Shown here one piece after another: positions 28,206 to 39,902 of a stretch of 64,000 nt of DNA. Position numbers and translations under genes: made by a program. The first letter of the stretch is position 1. Every line of letters begins with the position of its first letter. The notes below the pieces were generated by a model. That model saw only the letters and a program-made list of their open reading frames with translations, was not told the origin of the DNA and did not search any database. Source of the stretch: a plasmid. The DNA is taken from the NCBI RefSeq assembly GCF_988243305.1, contig NZ_OZ547138.1. One strand, 5' to 3'.

Positions 28206-28643
28206 ACGGAGGTGTGCAGAGTCCCTGCGGCAGGCGACGAACACGACCGTCGTCGATTAGTACCGGTACGGTCGGTGGTATCGAAGTCTTGATCACCACT
28301 CAGGTCTACGGCTTACAAATGGTGACCATCCCGATACTTGCGTCAGAGCACCGGGCCGATTCTTTGACAGTGAATCACTCCCGTAAGGTTGTGCCGGTGT
28401 GGGTGTCCCGGGTCGAGACGATACTCCGCCAATGCGCCCAGCAAACAACCTGGCCATCGCAGGTGGTGGGGAGCGGTGTGGCGGATGAGTTGGACAAGTT
28501 GGTGTAGCAGCACGAGCACGGCGAGATAACATCGCAGGAGTTCGACATGCTCAAGAGACAGCTGATTGCGAATCGCGATGCAGATTCATAACCCGATTGC
28601 GGGTTGGCTTCACTCCACCATCACCGAGCAGACTAGCACGGCG

Positions 28644-29523
28644 GGCTCTGTTGCAAAGATTGGCGGCAGTCAGAGGTAGGCTGTCGCTCTGCGCCGATCA
28701 GGCGGCTGCTGCGAAATGGTGGTTGAGCATGCCCATGGCCTCCGTCAGCGCCGAGGGCCCAATGCCAAAAGCTCTCTCCACAAGGCGCACCTCGCCCCTG
28801 ATGCCGGGCTGCAGGCACCAGGGGCGAGCCTGTCCTTTGCGCAGGGCTCGCATGACTTCGAATCCCTTGATCGTGGCATAGGCCGTGGGGATCGATTTGA
28901 AACCGCGCACCGGCTTGATCAGTATCTTGAGCTTTCCGTGATCGGCCTCGATCACGTTATTGAGATACTTCACCTGCCGGTGGGCCGTCTCCCGGTCCAG
29001 CTTTCCTTCGCGCTTCAATTCGGTGATCGCTGCACCATAGCTCGGCGCTTTGTCGGTATTGAGCGTGGCAGGCTTTTCCCAGTGCTTCAGGCCTCGCAGG
29101 GCCTTGCCCAGGAACCGCTTCGCTGCCTTGGCGCTGCGGGTCGGCGACAGGTAGAAATCGATCGTGTCGCCCCGCTTGTCGACTGCCCGGTACAGGTAGG
29201 TCCACTTGCCCCGCACCTTGACGTAGGTTTCATCCAGGCGCCAGCTCGGATCAAAGCCACGCCGCCAGAACCAGCGCAGCCGCTTCTCCATCTCCGGGGC
29301 GTAGCACTGGACCCAGCGATAGATCGTCGTATGGTCGACCGAAATGCCGCGTTCCGCCAGCATTTCCTCAAGGTCGCGATAGCTGATCGGATAGCGACAA
29401 TACCAGCGCACCGCCCACAGGATCACATCACCCTGGAAATGGCGCCACTTGAAATCCGTCATCGTTCCGTCCGTCCAATCTCCGCCAAGCATGCTCAAGC
29501 TTCACGATTTTTGCAACAGAGCC
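28644..29523 (-). mobile_element. IS6100: IS6100 (880 bp)
   Basis: Terminal inverted repeats GGCTCTGTTGCAAA (28644) and TTTGCAACAGAGCC (29523). Confidence 0.95.
28698..29462 (-). CDS. tnpA: IS6100 transposase
   Basis: MTDFKWRHFQGDVILWAVRWYCRYPISYRDLEEM, IS6-family transposase. Confidence 0.9.
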   Translation of the reverse strand: MTDFKWRHFQGDVILWAVRWYCRYPISYRDLEEMLAERGISVDHTTIYRWVQCYAPEMEKRLRWFWRRGFDPSWRLDETYVKVRGKWTYLYRAVDKRGDTIDFYLSPTRSAKAAKRFLGKALRGLKHWEKPATLNTDKAPSYGAAITELKREGKLDRETAHRQVKYLNNVIEADHGKLKILIKPVRGFKSIPTAYATIKGFEVMRALRKGQARPWCLQPGIRGEVRLVERAFGIGPSALTEAMGMLNHHFAAAA

Positions 29524-29688
29524 CACACGAGTATTGAGCATAGTCGAGATTGGTGCAGATCACTTCTGATATTGAACTGTCAGGAGCTGGCTGCACAACA
29601 GCCATTACGCCCAATCAACTGGTGCAGTCGTCTTCTGAAAATGACAATCCAGTTAGGGTATAGCTCAACCTGACATAGAAGCAAAAAC

Positions 29689-29994
29689 TCAACCACCTTC
29701 TACCAACTCTCCGAACAGCTCCTTGACCTTTGTTTTCGCATCAGCAAGTGCAGTTCTGCCTTGTTCAGTGATGTCATAAACACGCCGTTCACGTCGCCCG
29801 GTGCGTTCGTGGCGTGAGGTCAGATAGCCTTTTTTTTCCAGGCCGTGCAGCATCGGGTACACGGTGCCAGCGCTCATCTCGTAGCCGTGTCGGCGTAGCT
29901 CTTCGATGATCCCCAGCCCAAAGACAGGTTCCTCGGCTGCATGGTGAAGGATGTGCAGGCGGATCAAACCGCCGTAGAGGTCTTTGTCAGTCAT
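29689..29994 (-). CDS. padR: PadR-family transcriptional regulator
   Basis: 101 aa with PadR-like winged HTH (GYEMSAGTVYPMLHGLEKKGYL); canonical partner of chrA in class 1 integron 3' regions. Confidence 0.8.
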   Translation of the reverse strand: MTDKDLYGGLIRLHILHHAAEEPVFGLGIIEELRRHGYEMSAGTVYPMLHGLEKKGYLTSRHERTGRRERRVYDITEQGRTALADAKTKVKELFGELVEGG

Positions 29995-30004
29995 TTTTTG
30001 TGCC

Positions 30005-31210
30005 TCACAGAGCGACGCTCAACAGCCACCCAGCTGCACCGCTACCGAGGACAACCAGCCACGGCGGGAGCTTCCAGAACATAAGTGCGACAAGGGCAAC
30101 TAATGCCAAGCCGAAGTCTTGCGGCTGAAAGATGGCGCTAGTCCATACAGGCTGATACAGCGCGGCCAGCAGCAAGCCGACTACAGCGGCATTGATCCCG
30201 GCCAGCGCAGCTTGGATGCCTGTATTGCGGCGCAAACGCTCCCAAAATGGCATTGATCCGACGACCAGCAAGAACGAGGGCGCGAAGATAGCCAGCAGAC
30301 ACACAATGCCGCCGATCCAGCCCGACGGGGCGGTGTTCATCGAGGCACCAAGAAACGCGGCGAACGTGAACAAAGGGCCGGGCACCGCTTGAGCTGCCCC
30401 GTACCCCGCGAGAAAGGATTCATTGTTGACCCAGCCGGAGGGCACCACTTCGGCTTGCAGTAATGGCAGCACAACGTGACCACCGCCGAACACCAGTGAT
30501 CCGACACGATAGAAGGAATCCACCATTGCCATGGTTTGACTTGGCATCAGTTCGGCCAACACCGGCAGGCCAATCAGCAAGACAAAGAACAGCGAGAGCC
30601 AAAGCACGCCGGCCCGGTGACTGACCGTGATAGGTAGGGGGTCATGCTCAACAACTTTCGCTGGCTTGAACAATAACCGGCCTGCGATGCCTGCGATAGC
30701 AATCACGCCAACCTGTCCCCACGCGGACGGCACAAGTAAAACGACGCAGGTAGCAATTGCCATGATGGTGACTCGCAGCCCATCCGTGCATAGGTTACGC
30801 GCCATGCCCCATACTGCTTGAGCGACCACGGCCACAGCCACCACTTTTAAGCCATGCAACGCGCCCTGCGAGACGTAATCGCCATAGCTGGAGATGCCGA
30901 GCGCAAAAAGGATCAAGGCTATGGCAGACGGCAGCGTGAAGCCAGCCCAAGCAGCCAGCGCCCCGCTGTATCCAGCCCGAGACAGTCCTACCGCTATGCC
31001 GACCTGGCTGCTTGCAGGCCCTGGCAAGAACTGACAAAGCGCGACCAAGTCAGCATAGCTCCGTTCGGAGAGCCAGCGCCGCCGTGTGACAAATTCGGCG
31101 CGGAAGTAGCCCAAGTGCGCAATGGGGCCGCCAAAAGATGTCAATCCAAGCCGCAGAAAAATAAGAAAGACCGACCATGGTCTGCTGTCATCGGTAGGGT
31201 TATTCGTCAT
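30005..31210 (-). CDS. chrA: Chromate ion transporter ChrA
   Basis: 401-aa polytopic membrane protein with CHR-family repeats. Confidence 0.9.
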   Translation of the reverse strand: MTNNPTDDSRPWSVFLIFLRLGLTSFGGPIAHLGYFRAEFVTRRRWLSERSYADLVALCQFLPGPASSQVGIAVGLSRAGYSGALAAWAGFTLPSAIALILFALGISSYGDYVSQGALHGLKVVAVAVVAQAVWGMARNLCTDGLRVTIMAIATCVVLLVPSAWGQVGVIAIAGIAGRLLFKPAKVVEHDPLPITVSHRAGVLWLSLFFVLLIGLPVLAELMPSQTMAMVDSFYRVGSLVFGGGHVVLPLLQAEVVPSGWVNNESFLAGYGAAQAVPGPLFTFAAFLGASMNTAPSGWIGGIVCLLAIFAPSFLLVVGSMPFWERLRRNTGIQAALAGINAAVVGLLLAALYQPVWTSAIFQPQDFGLALVALVALMFWKLPPWLVVLGSGAAGWLLSVAL

Positions 31211-31365
31211 ACTTTCGCCTTCATGATCTGCAACGAGTTGATCAATAATAAGCGAAATTCGATAACGAAATTCGATATAAATCTAGAAAAAAATACCTCT
31301 ATGTGTACTACGCAGTTTTAGCTGTGGCTTTCACAGGAGCACGCTTACTTACGGCTTAGCGTGCT

Positions 31366-31569
31366 TTATTTTCCGTTTTCTGAGGCGATCCCTAGGAGCT
31401 CGGATCTCAGGACGAAGGTCTCCGCGAATGTCCGGTCGATCCGCGCGACGTCCCAGGCGGGCGTTCCCTTGGCGGACATCCACGCCGCAGCGTCGTGCAT
31501 CAGCCGCACAACCTCGTCGATATCACCCGAGCAGGCGACCCGAACGTTCGGAGGCTCCTCGCTGTCCAT
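31366..31569 (-). pseudogene. orf5: Truncated orf5 (GNAT acetyltransferase remnant of the 3'-conserved segment)
   Basis: MDSEEPPNVRVACSGDIDEVVRLMHDAAAWM is the orf5 N-terminus; ORF is only 67 aa. Confidence 0.6.
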
Positions 31570-31696
31570 TCGCTCCCCTGGCGCGGTATGAACCGCCGCC
31601 TCATAGTGCAGTTTGATCCTGACGAGCCCAGCATGTCTGCGCCCACCTTCGCGGAACCTGACCAGGGTCCGCTAGCGGGCGGCCGGAAGGTGAATG

Positions 31697-32536
31697 CTAG
31701 GCATGATCTAACCCTCGGTCTCTGGCGTCGCGACTGCGAAATTTCGCGAGGGTTTCCGAGAAGGTGATTGCGCTTCGCAGATCTCCAGGCGCGTGGGTGC
31801 GGACGTAGTCAGCGCCATTGCCGATCGCGTGAAGTTCCGCCGCAAGGCTCGCTGGACCCAGATCCTTTACAGGAAGGCCAACGGTGGCGCCCAAGAAGGA
31901 TTTCCGCGACACCGAGACCAATAGCGGAAGCCCCAACGCCGACTTCAGCTTTTGAAGGTTCGACAGCACGTGCAGCGATGTTTCCGGTGCGGGGCTCAAG
32001 AAAAATCCCATCCCCGGATCGAGGATGAGCCGGTCGGCAGCGACCCCGCTCCGTCGCAAGGCGGAAACCCGCGCCTCGAAGAACCGCACAATCTCGTCGA
32101 GCGCGTCTTCGGGTCGAAGGTGACCGGTGCGGGTGGCGATGCCATCCCGCTGCGCTGAGTGCATAACCACCAGCCTGCAGTCCGCCTCAGCAATATCGGG
32201 ATAGAGCGCAGGGTCAGGAAATCCTTGGATATCGTTCAGGTAGCCCACGCCGCGCTTGAGCGCATAGCGCTGGGTTTCCGGTTGGAAGCTGTCGATTGAA
32301 ACACGGTGCATCTGATCGGACAGGGCGTCTAAGAGCGGCGCAATACGTCTGATCTCATCGGCCGGCGATACAGGCCTCGCGTCCGGATGGCTGGCGGCCG
32401 GTCCGACATCCACGACGTCTGATCCGACTCGCAGCATTTCGATCGCCGCGGTGACAGCGCCGGCGGGGTCTAGCCGCCGGCTCTCATCGAAGAAGGAGTC
32501 CTCGGTGAGATTCAGAATGCCGAACACCGTCACCAT
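31697..32536 (-). CDS. sul1: Sulfonamide-resistant dihydropteroate synthase Sul1
   Basis: 279 aa from [21 protein letters not shown]; overlaps the qacEdelta1 stop as in the 3'-CS. Confidence 0.97.
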   Translation of the reverse strand: MVTVFGILNLTEDSFFDESRRLDPAGAVTAAIEMLRVGSDVVDVGPAASHPDARPVSPADEIRRIAPLLDALSDQMHRVSIDSFQPETQRYALKRGVGYLNDIQGFPDPALYPDIAEADCRLVVMHSAQRDGIATRTGHLRPEDALDEIVRFFEARVSALRRSGVAADRLILDPGMGFFLSPAPETSLHVLSNLQKLKSALGLPLLVSVSRKSFLGATVGLPVKDLGPASLAAELHAIGNGADYVRTHAPGDLRSAITFSETLAKFRSRDARDRGLDHA

Positions 32537-32877
32537 GGCGTCGGCCTCCGCAGCGACTTCCACGATGGGGATCGGGCGAGCAAAAAGGCAGCAATTATGA
32601 GCCCCATACCTACAAAGCCCCACGCATCAAGCTTTTGCCCATGAAGCAACCAGGCAATGGCTGTAATTATGACGACGCCGAGTCCCGACCAGACTGCATA
32701 AGCAACACCGACAGGGATGGATTTCAGAACCAGAGAAAGAAAATAAAATGCGATGCCATAACCGATTATGACAACGGCGGAAGGGGCAAGCTTAGTAAAG
32801 CCCTCGCTAGATTTTAATGCGGATGTTGCGATTACTTCGCCAACTATTGCGATAACAAGAAAAAGCCAGCCTTTCAT
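32530..32877 (-). CDS. qacEdelta1: Truncated SMR efflux protein QacEdelta1
   Basis: 115 aa [27 protein letters not shown]. Confidence 0.95.
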   Translation of the reverse strand: MKGWLFLVIAIVGEVIATSALKSSEGFTKLAPSAVVIIGYGIAFYFLSLVLKSIPVGVAYAVWSGLGVVIITAIAWLLHGQKLDAWGFVGMGLIIAAFLLARSPSWKSLRRPTPW

Positions 32878-33082
32878 GATATATCTCCCAATTTGTGTAG
32901 GGCTTATTATGCACGCTTAAAAATAATAAAAGCAGACTTGACCTGATAGTTTGGCTGTGAGCAATTATGTGCTTAGTGCATCTAACGCATAGTTGAGCGG
33001 CGGGCGCAGCCCGTCCGCTTGAACGCCGAGTTAGGCATCAGATGCCCTCGGCGCGGGTCGATGCACTTTTCGCACATGCCGC
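32878..33082 (-). other. attC: attC recombination site of the aadA5 cassette plus cassette/3'-CS boundary
   Basis: Intergenic segment between the aadA5 stop and qacEdelta1 with GTTAG/CTAAC core-like repeats; boundaries approximate. Confidence 0.45.
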
Positions 33083-33871
33083 TCAACGCAAGATTCTCTC
33101 AATCGTTGCTTTGGCATATCGAACGAACGCGGCCGTCTCTTCGACGCGCATTGCTAGGTCGTCGTCCTCGCTACCCAGGTACGCCGCGCGTGCCTTGCAG
33201 ATGAGGGGCCGATGCTCGGCAGGCAAACGCTCCGATACCCATGCGGCAGCAACGTCCTTAGGAGCAATGAGACCAGTTGAAGCGCTGTACCAAATGCGAG
33301 CAAGAGCAAGAACGACGTTCCGCTCGTCACCCTTCCAATCCGACTCTGCATTCCACTGGGCAATAGTGTCGAAAAGCGCCTTGGAGAAATGCTCCTTCGG
33401 CACCGGCTCGAAAAACGTGGCTGCGGATGGGCCTAGAAGCGCAAGGCTGTGTTGCCTCGCCTTGGTCAGCAAAATCGCAAGATCGTGATCCAGAACGGCA
33501 GGCTCGAACGTTCCGGAAAGGATGTCGTGGCGGAGCCACTCACCGAACTGAAGCTCACGCCGCGCCGGATAGCGCCAAGGCACTACTTCGCTTCGAGCGA
33601 CAACAGTTAGCTCCAGCGGTCGCCATGTTCCGCCATCGCCTGGCGGTGATGAGACTTTCAGCAAATCGAGCATTAGCGCCTGCCGGAGCGAATCGTTAGG
33701 TGCGGCGCTGACGGTCACGAGCAAGTCTATGTCGCTGTCCGGCTTCAGCCCTCCATCGATCGCAGATCCGAACAGGTGGATTGTGTCCAGTGTCGCAGCC
33801 AGATGGCGCTCGATCACCGCGCGAGCGTGGGACAGCTGCTTGAAAACTTGTGCAGGGAAAAATTCACCCAT
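33083..33871 (-). CDS. aadA5: Aminoglycoside (3'') adenylyltransferase, aadA5-type
   Basis: 262 aa MGEFFPAQVFKQLSHARAVIERHL; aadA family; sequence recalled as aadA5 (dfrA17-aadA5 array). Confidence 0.85.
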   Translation of the reverse strand: MGEFFPAQVFKQLSHARAVIERHLAATLDTIHLFGSAIDGGLKPDSDIDLLVTVSAAPNDSLRQALMLDLLKVSSPPGDGGTWRPLELTVVARSEVVPWRYPARRELQFGEWLRHDILSGTFEPAVLDHDLAILLTKARQHSLALLGPSAATFFEPVPKEHFSKALFDTIAQWNAESDWKGDERNVVLALARIWYSASTGLIAPKDVAAAWVSERLPAEHRPLICKARAAYLGSEDDDLAMRVEETAAFVRYAKATIERILR

Positions 33872-34001
33872 GATGCCTAACGTTAAGTTCAGCGGCAGCT
33901 TTTAAGTTGCGGCTTTGTGGAATACTTTTGCGCAGCAAAACCACAAAGACGCGACTTAAAAGCTGTCCAAGGAGCGAAGCGACTGGTGCTGCAACGCATT
34001 G
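33872..34001 (-). other. attC: attC site of the dfrA17 cassette
   Basis: Short intergenic segment between cassettes; boundaries approximate. Confidence 0.45.
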
Positions 34002-34475
34002 TTAGCCTTTTTTCCAAATCTGGTATGTATAATTTATATTAGACATAAAAAACTGTTCAAAAACCAAATTGAAATTCTCAGGCATTATAGGGAATTTGAT
34101 ATCACCTTCGACTTCAACGTGAACAGTAGACAAATGAATTATATCTGCTTTTTCAATAAGGCTATTATAGATTTGACCCCCGCCAGAGACATATACATGA
34201 TCTGTAACTTTTGATAGCTCTTTCAAAGCATTTTCTATTGAAGGAAAAACTAGGACGTTTTCATTTGAGCTTGAAATTCCGTTCTTTGACACTACTGCAT
34301 ATTTGCGATTTGGAAGAACACCCATAGAGTCAAATGTTTTTCTTCCGACAAGGAGCCATTGATTATATGTGAGCGCTTTAAAGAGTAGTTGCTCACCTTT
34401 TACTGACCACGGGATATCAGGACCACTACCGATTACGCCATTTTCTGACACTGCAGAAATCAATGATATTTTCAA
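34002..34475 (-). CDS. dfrA17: Trimethoprim-resistant dihydrofolate reductase, dfrA17-type
   Basis: 157 aa from [23 protein letters not shown]; first cassette next to attI1. Confidence 0.85.
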   Translation of the reverse strand: MKISLISAVSENGVIGSGPDIPWSVKGEQLLFKALTYNQWLLVGRKTFDSMGVLPNRKYAVVSKNGISSSNENVLVFPSIENALKELSKVTDHVYVSGGGQIYNSLIEKADIIHLSTVHVEVEGDIKFPIMPENFNLVFEQFFMSNINYTYQIWKKG

Positions 34476-34632
34476 TTTAACTCCCTTAATGGCTAACTTT
34501 GTTTTAGGGCGACTGCCCTGCTGCGTAACATCGTTGCTGCTCCATAACATCAAACATCGACCCACGGCGTAACGCGCTTGCTGCTTGGATGCCCGAGGCA
34601 TAGACTGTACAAAAAAACAGTCATAACAAGCC
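34476..34632 (-). other. attI1: attI1 integration site region of the class 1 integron
   Basis: Region between the intI1 start and the first cassette. Confidence 0.6.
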
Positions 34633-35646
34633 ATGAAAACCGCCACTGCGCCGTTACCACCGCTGCGTTCGGTCAAGGTTCTGGACCAGTTGCGTGAGCG
34701 CATACGCTACTTGCATTACAGTTTACGAACCGAACAGGCTTATGTCCACTGGGTTCGTGCCTTCATCCGTTTCCACGGTGTGCGTCACCCGGCAACCTTG
34801 GGCAGCAGCGAAGTCGAGGCATTTCTGTCCTGGCTGGCGAACGAGCGCAAGGTTTCGGTCTCCACGCATCGTCAGGCATTGGCGGCCTTGCTGTTCTTCT
34901 ACGGCAAGGTGCTGTGCACGGATCTGCCCTGGCTTCAGGAGATCGGAAGACCTCGGCCGTCGCGGCGCTTGCCGGTGGTGCTGACCCCGGATGAAGTGGT
35001 TCGCATCCTCGGTTTTCTGGAAGGCGAGCATCGTTTGTTCGCCCAGCTTCTGTATGGAACGGGCATGCGGATCAGTGAGGGTTTGCAACTGCGGGTCAAG
35101 GATCTGGATTTCGATCACGGCACGATCATCGTGCGGGAGGGCAAGGGCTCCAAGGATCGGGCCTTGATGTTACCCGAGAGCTTGGCACCCAGCCTGCGCG
35201 AGCAGCTGTCGCGTGCACGGGCATGGTGGCTGAAGGACCAGGCCGAGGGCCGCAGCGGCGTTGCGCTTCCCGACGCCCTTGAGCGGAAGTATCCGCGCGC
35301 CGGGCATTCCTGGCCGTGGTTCTGGGTTTTTGCGCAGCACACGCATTCGACCGATCCACGGAGCGGTGTCGTGCGTCGCCATCACATGTATGACCAGACC
35401 TTTCAGCGCGCCTTCAAACGTGCCGTAGAACAAGCAGGCATCACGAAGCCCGCCACACCGCACACCCTCCGCCACTCGTTCGCGACGGCCTTGCTCCGCA
35501 GCGGTTACGACATTCGAACCGTGCAGGATCTGCTCGGCCATTCCGACGTCTCTACGACGATGATTTACACGCATGTGCTGAAAGTTGGCGGTGCCGGAGT
35601 GCGCTCACCGCTTGATGCGCTGCCGCCCCTCACTAGTGAGAGGTAG
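34633..35646 (+). CDS. intI1: Class 1 integron integrase IntI1
   Basis: 337 aa [53 protein letters not shown]. Confidence 0.97.
34720..34748 (-). promoter_or_regulatory. Pc: Cassette promoter Pc, hybrid variant (-35 TGGACA, 17-bp spacer, -10 TAAACT) inside intI1
   Basis: Read on the minus strand: TGGACA-taagcctgttcggttcg-TAAACT. Confidence 0.7.
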
Positions 35647-35823
35647 GGCAGCGCAAGTCAATCCTGGCGGATTCACTACCCCTGCGCGAAGGCCATCGGT
35701 GCCGCATCGAACGGCCGGTTGCGGAAAGTCCTCCCTGCGTCCGCTGATGGCCGGCAGCAGCCCGTCGTTGCCTGATGGATCCAACCCCTCCGCTGCTATA
35801 GTGCAGTCGGCTTCTGACGTTCA

Positions 35824-35848
35824 GTGCAGCCGTCTTCTGAAAACGACA
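35824..35848. mobile_element. IRi, 25-bp inverted repeat marking the intI1 end of the class 1 integron
   Basis: GTGCAGCCGTCTTCTGAAAACGACA is the reverse complement of TGTCGTTTTCAGAAGACGGCTGCAC. Confidence 0.8.
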
Positions 35849-36199
35849 ATGGAGGTGGTAGCCGAGGGTGTGGAAACACCCGACTGCCTTGCGTGGTTGC
35901 GGCAGGCGGGTTGCGACACGGTGCAGGGTTTCCTGTTCGCCAGGCCGATGCCGGCGGCGGCCTTCGTCGGCTTCGTCAACCAATGGAGGAACACCACCAT
36001 GAACGCCAATGAACCGAGCACCAGTTGCTGCGTGTGCTGCAAGGAAATCCCGCTCGATGCCGCCTTCACGCCGGAAGGGGCCGAGTACGTGGAGCATTTC
36101 TGCGGGCTGGAGTGCTATCAGCGCTTCCAGGCGCGGGCCAGCACTGCGACCGAAACCAGCGTCAAACCGGACGCTTGTGATTCGCCGCCGTCAGGTTGA
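35849..36199 (+). CDS. tnpM: TnpM (urf2M-derived putative transposition modulator of Tn21)
   Basis: 116-aa ORF starting immediately after IRi ([28 protein letters not shown]), the Tn21 signature of integron insertion. Confidence 0.7.
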
Positions 36200-36374
36200 G
36201 GCATACCCTAACTTGATGTCAGGCAGGGCCGCGCCGCTTCGTCAGAATAGAGTCTGCTTTCCCATTTTTTGACACATGCCCGCGAAGGTTATAGATTTCA
36301 GCCTGACAGAAATGGGCTTTGAGGCACAACGGAACAGAAAGTGCACTTAAGCCGCCTTCAACCAAGGAGACATC
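36200..36374. other. res: res (resolution) site region of the Tn21-family transposon
   Basis: Intergenic region between tnpM and tnpR; assigned by position. Confidence 0.5.
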
Positions 36375-36935
36375 GTGCAGGGGCACCGCATCGGCTACGT
36401 CCGGGTCAGCAGCTTTGACCAGAACCCGGAACGCCAGCTGGAACAAACCCAGGTGAGCAAGGTGTTCACCGACAAGGCATCGGGCAAGGACACCCAGCGC
36501 CCCCAGCTCGAAGCGCTGCTGAGCTTCGTCCGCGAAGGCGATACAGTGGTGGTGCACAGCATGGATCGGCTGGCCCGCAACCTCGATGACCTGCGTCGCT
36601 TGGTACAGAAGCTGACTCAGCGCGGCGTGCGCATCGAGTTCCTGAAGGAGGGCCTGGTGTTCACTGGCGAGGACTCGCCGATGGCCAACCTGATGCTGTC
36701 GGTGATGGGGGCCTTCGCTGAGTTCGAGCGCGCCCTGATCCGCGAGCGGCAGCGTGAGGGCATCGCCTTGGCCAAGCAGCGTGGCGCGTACCGGGGCCGC
36801 AAGAAAGCCCTGTCCGATGAGCAGGCTGCTACCCTGCGGCAGCGAGCGACGGCCGGCGAGCCCAAGGCGCAGCTTGCCCGCGAGTTCAACATCAGCCGGG
36901 AAACCCTCTACCAGTACCTCCGCACGGACGACTGA
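36375..36935 (+). CDS. tnpR: Serine resolvase TnpR (Tn21 subgroup)
   Basis: 186 aa MQGHRIGYVRVSSFDQNPERQLE with catalytic serine and C-terminal HTH. Confidence 0.9.
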   Translation: MQGHRIGYVRVSSFDQNPERQLEQTQVSKVFTDKASGKDTQRPQLEALLSFVREGDTVVVHSMDRLARNLDDLRRLVQKLTQRGVRIEFLKEGLVFTGEDSPMANLMLSVMGAFAEFERALIRERQREGIALAKQRGAYRGRKKALSDEQAATLRQRATAGEPKAQLAREFNISRETLYQYLRTDD

Positions 36936-36938
36936 CAC

Positions 36939-39869
36939 ATGCCGCGTCGCTTGATCCTCTCGGCCACGGAGCGGGACACCCTGCTTGCGCTGCCGGAAAG
37001 CCAGGATGACCTGATCCGCTACTACACCTTCAACGACTCCGACCTGTCGCTGATCCGCCAGCGACGCGGCGACGCCAACCGCCTCGGCTTCGCCGTGCAG
37101 CTCTGCCTGCTGCGCTACCCCGGTTACGCGCTGGGAACCGACAGCGAGCTGCCCGAGCCGGTCATCCTGTGGGTGGCGAAGCAAGTCCAGGCCGAGCCGG
37201 CGAGCTGGGCAAAGTACGGCGAGCGCGACGTGACCCGTCGCGAGCATGCCCAGGAACTGCGCACCTACCTGCAACTGGCCCCGTTCGGCCTGTCCGACTT
37301 CCGCGCCCTGGTGCGCGAGCTAACCGAGCTGGCCCAGCAGACCGACAAAGGCTTGCTGCTGGCCGGTCAGGCCCTGGAGAGCCTACGGCAGAAACGACGC
37401 ATCCTGCCGGCGCTGAGCGTGATTGACCGGGCCTGCTCGGAAGCCATTGCGCGAGCCAATCGGCGGGTCTACCGCGCCCTGGTCGAACCACTCACGGACT
37501 CGCATCGGGCCAAGCTGGACGAGCTGTTGAAGCTCAAGGCCGGCAGCAGCATCACCTGGTTGACCTGGCTGCGCCAGGCACCGCTGAAACCCAACTCTCG
37601 GCACATGCTGGAACACATCGAGCGGCTGAAGACATTTCAGTTGGTGGACTTGCCCGAAGGCCTGGGCCGGCACATCCACCAGAACCGCCTGCTCAAGCTG
37701 GCCCGCGAGGGTGGGCAGATGACGCCCAAAGACCTCGGTAAGTTCGAGCCGCAGCGCCGCTACGCGACCCTGGCCGCCGTGGTGCTGGAGAGCACCGCGA
37801 CCGTGATCGATGAGCTGGTCGATCTGCATGACCGCATCCTGGTCAAGCTGTTCAGCGGCGCGAAGCACAAGCATCAGCAGCAGTTCCAGAAGCAGGGCAA
37901 GGCGATCAACGACAAGGTGCGCCTGTACTCCAGGATCGGCCAGGCGCTGCTGGAAGCGAAGGAAAGCGGCAGCGACCCCTATGCCGCCATCGAGGCGGTG
38001 ATTCCCTGGGACGAGTTCACCGAGAGCGTCAGCGAGGCCGAGCTGCTGGCCCGGCCGGAAGGCTTCGACCACCTGCACCTGGTCGGCGAGAACTTCGCCA
38101 CCCTGCGCCGTTACACGCCGGCCGCGCAAGGCGTGCTGGCAGCCGTGCAGACCCTGCGTGAGATGAACGCCGACAACCTGCGCAAGGTGCCGGCCGATGC
38201 ACCCACGGCCTTCATCAAGCCGCGCTGGAAGCCGCTGGTGATCACCCCGGAAGGCCTCGACCGGAAATTCTACGAAATCTGCGCCCTGTCCGAGCTGAAG
38301 AACGCCCTGCGCTCCGGCGACATCTGGGTCAAGGGCTCGCGGCAGTTCCGCGACTTCGACGACTACCTGCTGCCGGCCGAGAAGTTCGCCGCACTCAAGC
38401 GCGAGCAGGCCCTGCCCCTGGCGATCAACCCGAACAGCGACCAGTACCTGGAAGAGCGTTTGCAGCTGCTGGACGAGCAGTTGGCCACCGTCACCCGCCT
38501 GGCCAAGGACAACGAGCTGCCCGATGCCATCCTCACCGAGTCAGGGCTGAAAATCACCCCGCTGGATGCGGCGGTGCCGGATCGGGCGCAGGCGCTGATC
38601 GACCAAACCAGCCAGTTACTGCCGCGCATCAAGATCACCGAACTGCTGATGGACGTGGACGACTGGACGGGCTTCAGCCGCCACTTCACCCACTTGAAGG
38701 ACGGGGCCGAGGCCAAAGACAGGACGTTGCTGCTGTCCGCAATCCTCGGTGATGCGATCAACCTCGGGCTGACCAAGATGGCCGAGTCGAGCCCCGGCCT
38801 GACCTACGCCAAGCTGTCCTGGCTGCAAGCCTGGCACATCCGCGACGAAACCTATTCGGCGGCCTTGGCCGAGCTGGTCAACCACCAGTATCGCCACGCC
38901 TTTGCCGCCCACTGGGGCGACGGCACGACCTCATCCTCCGATGGCCAGCGCTTCCGCGCGGGTGGCCGGGGCGAGAGCACCGGGCACGTCAACCCGAAGT
39001 ACGGTAGCGAGCCGGGACGGCTGTTCTATACCCATATCTCCGACCAGTACGCGCCGTTCAGCACCCGCGTGGTGAATGTCGGCGTCCGCGATTCCACCTA
39101 TGTGCTCGACGGCCTGCTGTACCACGAGTCCGACCTGCGGATCGAGGAGCACTACACCGACACGGCCGGCTTCACCGATCACGTCTTTGCCCTGATGCAC
39201 CTGCTAGGCTTCCGCTTCGCGCCGCGCATCCGCGACCTCGGCGAAACCAAGCTGTACGTGCCGCAGGGCGTGCAAGCCTACCCGACGTTGCGCCCGCTGA
39301 TCGGCGGCACCCTGAACATCAAGCACGTGCGTGCCCACTGGGACGACATCCTGCGCCTGGCCAGCTCGATCAAGCAGGGCACCGTCACCGCCTCGCTGAT
39401 GCTGCGCAAGCTCGGCAGCTACCCGCGCCAGAACGGACTGGCCGTGGCCCTGCGCGAGCTGGGCCGGATCGAGCGCACGCTGTTCATCCTGGACTGGCTG
39501 CAAAGTGTTGAACTGCGCCGCCGCGTGCATGCCGGCCTGAACAAAGGTGAGGCGCGCAACTCGCTGGCCAGGGCGGTGTTCTTCAACCGCCTTGGGGAAA
39601 TCAGGGATCGGAGCTTCGAGCAGCAGCGCTACCGGGCCAGCGGCCTCAACCTGGTGACGGCGGCTATCGTGCTGTGGAACACGGTGTACCTGGAACGCGC
39701 CACCCAGGGGTTGGTCGAGGCCGGCAAGCCGGTGGACGGCGAGCTGCTGCAATTCCTGTCGCCGCTGGGCTGGGAGCACATCAACCTAACCGGCGATTAC
39801 GTCTGGCGGCAGAGCCGCAGACTGGAAGACGGGAAGTTTCGGCCCTTACGGATGCCCGGAAAACCTTAG
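36939..39869 (+). CDS. tnpA: Tn3-family transposase TnpA (Tn21 subgroup; 3' end in a Tn1721-type IR)
   Basis: 976-aa [34 protein letters not shown]; the stop lies inside the 38-bp terminal repeat. Confidence 0.9.
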   Translation: MPRRLILSATERDTLLALPESQDDLIRYYTFNDSDLSLIRQRRGDANRLGFAVQLCLLRYPGYALGTDSELPEPVILWVAKQVQAEPASWAKYGERDVTRREHAQELRTYLQLAPFGLSDFRALVRELTELAQQTDKGLLLAGQALESLRQKRRILPALSVIDRACSEAIARANRRVYRALVEPLTDSHRAKLDELLKLKAGSSITWLTWLRQAPLKPNSRHMLEHIERLKTFQLVDLPEGLGRHIHQNRLLKLAREGGQMTPKDLGKFEPQRRYATLAAVVLESTATVIDELVDLHDRILVKLFSGAKHKHQQQFQKQGKAINDKVRLYSRIGQALLEAKESGSDPYAAIEAVIPWDEFTESVSEAELLARPEGFDHLHLVGENFATLRRYTPAAQGVLAAVQTLREMNADNLRKVPADAPTAFIKPRWKPLVITPEGLDRKFYEICALSELKNALRSGDIWVKGSRQFRDFDDYLLPAEKFAALKREQALPLAINPNSDQYLEERLQLLDEQLATVTRLAKDNELPDAILTESGLKITPLDAAVPDRAQALIDQTSQLLPRIKITELLMDVDDWTGFSRHFTHLKDGAEAKDRTLLLSAILGDAINLGLTKMAESSPGLTYAKLSWLQAWHIRDETYSAALAELVNHQYRHAFAAHWGDGTTSSSDGQRFRAGGRGESTGHVNPKYGSEPGRLFYTHISDQYAPFSTRVVNVGVRDSTYVLDGLLYHESDLRIEEHYTDTAGFTDHVFALMHLLGFRFAPRIRDLGETKLYVPQGVQAYPTLRPLIGGTLNIKHVRAHWDDILRLASSIKQGTVTASLMLRKLGSYPRQNGLAVALRELGRIERTLFILDWLQSVELRRRVHAGLNKGEARNSLARAVFFNRLGEIRDRSFEQQRYRASGLNLVTAAIVLWNTVYLERATQGLVEAGKPVDGELLQFLSPLGWEHINLTGDYVWRQSRRLEDGKFRPLRMPGKP

Positions 39870-39902
39870 CGTACGATTTTTTCCGAATTCTGCGGGCTCC
39901 CC
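39865..39902. mobile_element. 38-bp Tn3-family terminal inverted repeat, Tn1721-type
   Basis: CTTAGCGTACGATTTTTTCCGAATTCTGCGGGCTCCCC, reverse complement of GGGGAGCCCGCAGAATTCGGAAAAAATCGTACGCTAAG. Confidence 0.8.

Noticed and set aside
28206-28643. ORFs between mphR(A) and IS6100 (28066-28299 (-), 28151-28507 (+), 28293-28532 (-))
   Set aside because: Short overlapping frames in a junction remnant that is normally noncoding in this module.
36219-39779. Antisense ORFs across tnpR/tnpA (36219-37274 (-), 37383-38129 (-), 39204-39779 (-))
   Set aside because: Spurious frames on the non-coding strand of the Tn21-family transposase gene.
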